In this document: piece after piece, positions 57,949 to 64,000 of the stretch
Numbering within the stretch: the stretch's first letter is position 1
Layout of the letters: the number at the start of each line of letters is the position of its first letter
Assembly (NCBI GenBank): GCA_037444665.1
Contig: JBBILZ010000003.1
Span: 18,073-82,072, forward strand
Direction: 5' to 3'
DNA length: 64,000 nucleotides
From: a candidate division WOR-3 bacterium
GTDB lineage: Bacteria > Hydrothermota > Tepidihabitantia > SM23-42 > JAOAFX01
Program-made: the position numbers and the translations under genes
Notes under the pieces: generated by a model
Database searches by the model: none
What the model saw: only the letters and a program-made list of their open reading frames with translations
What the model was told of the DNA's origin: nothing

Positions 57949-59865
57949 ATGAGAATATTTTTAGCAACAATAATTGTGTTGAGCATTGCGAATGCAGGTA
58001 ACTGGTTGATTAATGGTGACTTTGAACAGGATTTATCTATGGGCTGGACCGCTACCCAGGGCGGCTCATATATCTATATCGACCGTGCCACGACCTATGA
58101 AACAGACCCTGATTATGAATTGCGCACAGAAAAAGGTTCTGGAAATGGGTTCGCTAATGTTTCACAAACCATTGATATTACTACACCCAGTGAATTCAAT
58201 TTTTCAATAAAGGCAAAACTCTATGCGTATGATAATAATGCAGATACACTTACCTATGCAGGTGCTGCAGTAAGAATAATTTATCGTAATACTTCAGGAA
58301 CTTTTTTAGGCGAAACCAAAATCTGTCAGTTTACTACACCCTGTCCATGGCAGAATACATCAACCTGCCATTTAATAATTGCGAGTGATTCATTGTGGCA
58401 TAATTATTCATTTAATCTCCAGGCCGAACTCGGTAATCTGCCCGGTGTCAATCCAGCAAATGTTAAAAAGGTTGAGATTGCTTTCTATGATACAACTGCC
58501 CATACTTGTTGAGGGGCTTCACAATTGGCGAAGGTCTTCGCCGATGATACCAAATTAAATTATACTGGAACGCAATTATATCTCAGTTTTATCAAATCCA
58601 AGGTCTACGATGCGGGTGGCAATAATAATGGTAGGCTTGACCCTGGAGAAACAGCGAACATCACTACATTTTTGAAAAATATTGGTGGTGCTAATTTTAC
58701 GAACTTAAACTCTACGCTCTCCACAACGAGTCCTTATATCACTGTTACAGATAATTCTGGTTATTTCGGCACAATTCTTATAGATAGCACAAAAGAGAAT
58801 ATTTCAGACCCTTATACAATTAGTGTGAGTTCTTCAACACCACAGGGACACACTGCACAATTCCGGCTCATCACCTCTCAAGGCACCTTTGTCGATACTT
58901 TTTTCTTTAATCTTGTGGTCGGCTCTTATCATTACTTAGTGTGGAATCCTGACCCAACATCATCACCAGGACAAACAATGCATAATATTCTTACTACATT
59001 GGGCTACAGTGGATTATATTCTACGACTCTTCCTACAACCGACCTTGGTATGTATCGGGCAATCCTTGTGTGTGTGGGAATCTTTCCGAACAATTATGTA
59101 ATAAGTGCATCAAGCCCAGAGGCTACGGCATTGGTAAATTATGCAAACAGTGGTGGTCGGCTCTATCTTGAAGGTGGTGATGTCTGGTATTATGACCCAT
59201 TGGTTGGTGGATATGATTTTTGTCCACTCTTCGGAATAAATGCTACTGCAGATGGTTCTTCTGATTTAGGACCCATTCAGGGACAGACCGGGACATTCAC
59301 AAATCAGATGTATTTCAATTATGCAGGAGAAAATAATTATATGGACTGGATAAGTCCTGGTGGAACCGGTGCCTTTTTGATATTCAAAGATGAAGACCAG
59401 GGGTATGATTGTGCTGTTGCCCGTGATGCAGAAACATATCGCACAGTAGGAACTTCATTTGAACTTGGAAATCTGATTGATGGTTCTGGTGTTTCAACCC
59501 GTGCTGCATTGATTGATTCAATACTACATTTCTTTGGCATCTTCCAGTTTCCGGTGGCTGAGGAAAATAAACGAAGTGATATTGCAATAAACAAACTGAT
59601 GGTCTATCCGAATCCATTCCATAAAAATCTTACGATTAAATCCGAAATTCGAAATCCGAAATCCGAAACATCATTGAGAATTTACGATGCCACGGGCAGA
59701 TTGGTGAAATCCTTTTTACTTCCTACTTCTCACTTCTCACTTCTTACTTCTGTGGAGTGGAACGGAACAGATGATTCAGGTCGTAAACTTCCATCTGGTG
59801 TATATTTTGTCCATCTGGAAGCAGGCAATCTAAAATATATTGACAAGGTGATAAAGATTGAGTAA
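57949..59865 (+). CDS. Candidate selenoprotein: secreted jelly-roll (CBM4/9-like) + large domain + T9SS C-terminal domain protein; in-frame TGA at 58510..58512
   Basis: ORFs 57949..58512 (signal peptide, no sorting domain) and 58525..59865 (sorting domain, no signal peptide, TTG 'start') are in the same frame. The junction reads ...VEIAFYDTTAHTC-TGA-GASQLAKVFADDTKLNY. The AKVFADD strand looks like the missing last strand of the NGDFE-type jelly roll. Confidence 0.6.
58527..58542 (+). promoter_or_regulatory. SECIS-like hairpin 14 nt downstream of TGA 58510..58512
   Basis: ggcgaa-ggtc-ttcgcc, or a 7-bp ggcgaag/cttcgcc stem. As I recall it, the GGUC apical loop matches the loop of the E. coli fdhF SECIS. 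Confidence 0.55.
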
Positions 59866-59967
59866 AATAAAAATAATAGGTTAGCCATTCTAAAAAAATG
59901 AAATTAAATCAAACAACGACAATTTCAGGGTGGCTAAACTATTGCAAATAAAACAAAAGGAGGTTCT

Positions 59968-60984
59968 ATGAGGTTAAGCATTTTTAGGTTTATGCTTTTG
60001 CTGGGCGTACTTATTTTGAGCATATCCAGTGCAGCACAGCGCGTGGTGCTATGTGAGGAATTTTATCAGGAGACCTGACCGAGCTGTCCTGCAGCCAGCA
60101 GTGTGCTGGACAATATTGTTATCCAATATTCAACCAGGATTGCACCAATAGAGATGCATTTGAGTTCAGGTTATCCACTCTATTCTGCAGAAGCTTATGC
60201 CAGAATGCAGTATTATCCAAGTTCAAACTGGTATACACCGAATCTCATTCTTGATGGAACGCCGCGCGGCAGTGGTTATACAAGCTGGCAATCCTATATA
60301 GTGGCAAGGATGAATCAGGCTTCACCAATGCGACTCTTAATGTGGGGAACTTATGGTTCTGGTTCAGGAACCATTAATGCGCGTTTTTATAATGATTCAA
60401 CTGCATCGGTAACTGCTACAGTCTATTTTGTTATTACTGAAGATAGTTGTTATTATGCTGCACCCAATGGTGACCAGTGGCACAATCATGTAGCAAGAGA
60501 CTATGTGCCTAATCAGATTGGCCAGCAGGTGACGATTCCTTCAGGAGATTCTGCAACAGTAGCTCAGTATTTTACAATCCAGTATGGATGGAATGTAAAT
60601 AGGTGTAATATTATCACCTGGATACAGAATAGTTCTACAAGAGAGGTATATCAAGCAGGAAAGATCAAAGTAACCGACCTTACCGCGGTGGAAGAGAACG
60701 AGCAGGATAATCTGGTGAAAAAAGAGATATTATCACTGCCTAACCCCTGTGTAAATGGAACAAAATTCCAGTTCAATATTGGTGCAGGAACACAATGGAA
60801 AATTATAATATTTGATGTTCTGGGTAGACCGATACAGCAGATTGATGGAATCGGTAATGCTCAAAATCAAATTGTAGAATGGAATCTCAAGGATAATAAA
60901 GGTAATCGTGTAAAGTCCGGTATCTATTTCTATCGGTTTATCAGTGCGGAATTGAATAGCACAGGAAAGATTGTTGTAAGATAA
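59968..60984 (+). CDS. Candidate selenoprotein: paralog of 56858..57892 with UxxC and a T9SS C-terminal domain; TGA codon 37 at 60076..60078
   Basis: AAAGGAGG RBS, ATG 59968. Translation gives MRLSIFRFMLLLGVLILSISSAAQRVVLCEEFYQET-TGA-PSCPAASS-V(=track start 60103)LDNIVIQY... It ends ...SGIYFYRFISAELNSTGKIVVR. Confidence 0.7.
60095..60109 (+). promoter_or_regulatory. SECIS-like hairpin 16 nt downstream of TGA 60076..60078
   Basis: ccagca-gtg-tgctgg. It sits at the position homologous to the 56984..57000 hairpin and differs by two compensatory pair changes. Confidence 0.6.
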
Positions 60985-61000
60985 AAAATATCTGCTTAAT

Positions 61001-61066
61001 AAAACGGCGTGGAGAACCCACGCCGTTTTATTTTTCAACTGTTTTCTGCCTGGCAGAAAACAGTTG
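61001..61066 (+). terminator. Two tandem strong hairpins between the converging protein operon and the 16S 3' end
   Basis: The first is aaaacggcgtgg-agaac-ccacgccgtttt followed by attttt (61001-61035). The second is caactgttttctgc-ctg-gcagaaaacagttg followed by attttt (61036-61066). Confidence 0.7.
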
Positions 61067-61113
61067 ATTTTTAAAATAAAAAAACTCCAGGGTATTGGGT
61101 CAATTTTTCTTTG

Positions 61114-62680
<1,567 letters not shown>

Positions 62681-62817
62681 TAAATCTACGAAGCTAAGAA
62701 GTTATATAACATAACCCCCTAACTCCAATCCTTCATATCTGGACCCAATACCCTGGACAATTCTATGAAACGGAAAATGTCAAAGACCAATTTCAATAAA
62801 CAAATACAAGCATATAT

Positions 62818-62845
62818 ATTATAACCAAAATCACGCAATCGTCAA
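62818..62845 (-). promoter_or_regulatory. 16S rRNA promoter
   Basis: On the minus strand: TTGACG (62845-40), a 16-nt spacer, then TATAAT (62823-18). It lies ~135 nt upstream of the mature 5' end. Confidence 0.65.
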
Positions 62846-62964
62846 GGGGGAAAAATAATAGAAGATGAGGGGATGGGGGGATGAGGGGATATGTGGATAA
62901 GGGGATGAGGGGATGGGAAGATAGTAAGTAGTAGGTAGTAAGTAGTAAGTTGGGAATGATGGAT
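62846..62964. repeat. Low-complexity 'word' repeat block
   Basis: gaggggatggggggatgaggggatatgtggataaggggatgaggggatgggaagatagtaagtagtaggtagtaagtagtaag. This is the reverse complement of the word set seen at 18880-18990 (tacttactacttactacctact ... atccac ... tcatcccct). Confidence 0.7.
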
Positions 62965-64000
62965 TCAGGATAGACCGATTATACTGCCGTTTTCATCAAT
63001 ATCAATCTTTGTCGCGTTTGGAATCCTTGCCAGGCCCGGCATCAGCATTATTTCACCGGCAAGGGGAACAAGAAAGCCGGCGCCGGCTGAGATCTTTACT
63101 TCAACAATCGTCAATTTAAAATTTTTTGGTCGACCATATAATTTAGGGTCATCTGAAAGGGAACGGTTGGTTTTAGCAATGCATACGGGTAATTTATCAA
63201 ATCCTAATTTTTCCAAACGGCTTATATCTTTTTCTGCCTTTGGTGTATAAACAATGCGTTCTGCACCATAGATATTTAATGCAACCTTCTCAATCTTTTG
63301 TTCTATTGAATCATCCAGTTCGTAAATAGGTTTTATTTCATTTTGATAGTTTTCTACAATTTTTATAACTTCCTGTGCCAGTGCTATAGCACCTTCGCTA
63401 CCTTTTTCAAATGCCCTGATTTCAACACACACTACATTTTTCTGCTGACAGAACGACTTGACCAATTCTATTTCCTGCTCAGTATCATCAGAAAATAGAT
63501 TTAATCCAACAACAACCGGCACATTGAACATTTTAATGTTTTCAATATGCTTTTCAAGATTTGGTAACCCCCCTTTGAGATGTTCTATTGTCCCCAATTT
63601 CAAATCTTTTTCTGGTGCACCACCATGCAATTTCAATGCGCGGATTGTTGCAACAACAACAGTAGCAGCTACTTTGAATTCACCGATTCTGCAAACAATA
63701 TCAAAAAATTTCTCGGCACCAAGGTCAGTGCCAAACCCAGCTTCAGTAATAACATAATCACAAAGTTTAAGCGCCATCCTTGTTGCAATAATACTGTTTG
63801 TTCCATGGGCAATGTTGGCAAATGGTCCGGTATGTATGAATGCTGGTGTATGTTCAATGGTTTGAACCAGATTAGGCTTTATTGCATCTTTTAACAAGGC
63901 GGTCATTGCTCCACAGACACCGAGTTTTTCTGCATTAACAGGATTGCCTTTCATATCAAAGGCAACAAGAATCTGGCATAACCTTCTTTTTAATTCACCC
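62965..64000 (-). CDS. fhs: Formate--tetrahydrofolate ligase, N-terminus beyond the window
   Basis: ...EHTPAFIHTGPFANIAHGTNSIIAT..., ITEAGFGTDLGAEKFFDI..., end ...IDENGSIIGLS. The frame stays open upstream of the listed Met to position 64000. Confidence 0.93.
   Translation of the reverse strand, partial: GELKRRLCQILVAFDMKGNPVNAEKLGVCGAMTALLKDAIKPNLVQTIEHTPAFIHTGPFANIAHGTNSIIATRMALKLCDYVITEAGFGTDLGAEKFFDIVCRIGEFKVAATVVVATIRALKLHGGAPEKDLKLGTIEHLKGGLPNLEKHIENIKMFNVPVVVGLNLFSDDTEQEIELVKSFCQQKNVVCVEIRAFEKGSEGAIALAQEVIKIVENYQNEIKPIYELDDSIEQKIEKVALNIYGAERIVYTPKAEKDISRLEKLGFDKLPVCIAKTNRSLSDDPKLYGRPKNFKLTIVEVKISAGAGFLVPLAGEIMLMPGLARIPNATKIDIDENGSIIGLS

Noticed and set aside
62893-62901. A perfect DnaA box (tgtggataa) upstream of the 16S promoter.
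   Set aside because: It is a single box embedded in the gggatg/gataag low-complexity word block. There is no cluster or AT-rich unwinding element. The real box clusters flank dnaA.

Overview
This looks like an origin-proximal chromosomal segment of an AT-rich, uncultivated bacterium, with dnaA-dnaN flanked by DnaA-box clusters. At least eight secreted proteins end in a T9SS-type C-terminal sorting domain (...GVYF..L......K(I/V)V(I/L)(I/K/R/E)), which suggests the FCB superphylum or an allied candidate phylum. The taxon cannot be fixed from this window.

Housekeeping content:
- mltG, ruvX, pth, rplY/ctc, prs, tRNA-Gln, ispE, rlpA, cysK, dnaA, dnaN and a partial fhs.
- Two DUF2723/TPR paralogs and an arsR-arsP-acr3 operon.
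- A SAM-I riboswitch in front of a COG1900 / NIL-ferredoxin / UPF0280 homocysteine-type cluster.
- A small decayed nuclease/HTH islet.

The rRNA genes are unlinked. 23S-5S lies on the + strand and a convergent 16S on the - strand, with 4.4 kb of protein genes between them. The 23S carries a 958-nt group I intron with a LAGLIDADG homing endonuclease just 3' of the P-loop. The 16S carries a ~51-nt hairpin insertion.

The most notable observation is five places where a single in-frame TGA splits what otherwise reads as one gene.
- Four of these TGAs are followed 9-16 nt downstream by a perfect short hairpin with a G-first loop, which is bacterial-SECIS-like.
- Three of them sit exactly at the first position of a thioredoxin-type CxxC motif, giving UxxC.
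- About ten conserved genes in the window terminate normally at TGA, so global recoding is unlikely.
- These are therefore candidate exported (T9SS or lipoprotein) selenoproteins that the ORF track truncates.

Intergenic space is unusually rich in families of short hairpin and 'word' repeats. Almost every recognisable promoter is TTGAC(A/T/C/G)-16 nt-TATAAT, and several sit 5-6 nt from the ATG, implying leaderless mRNAs.
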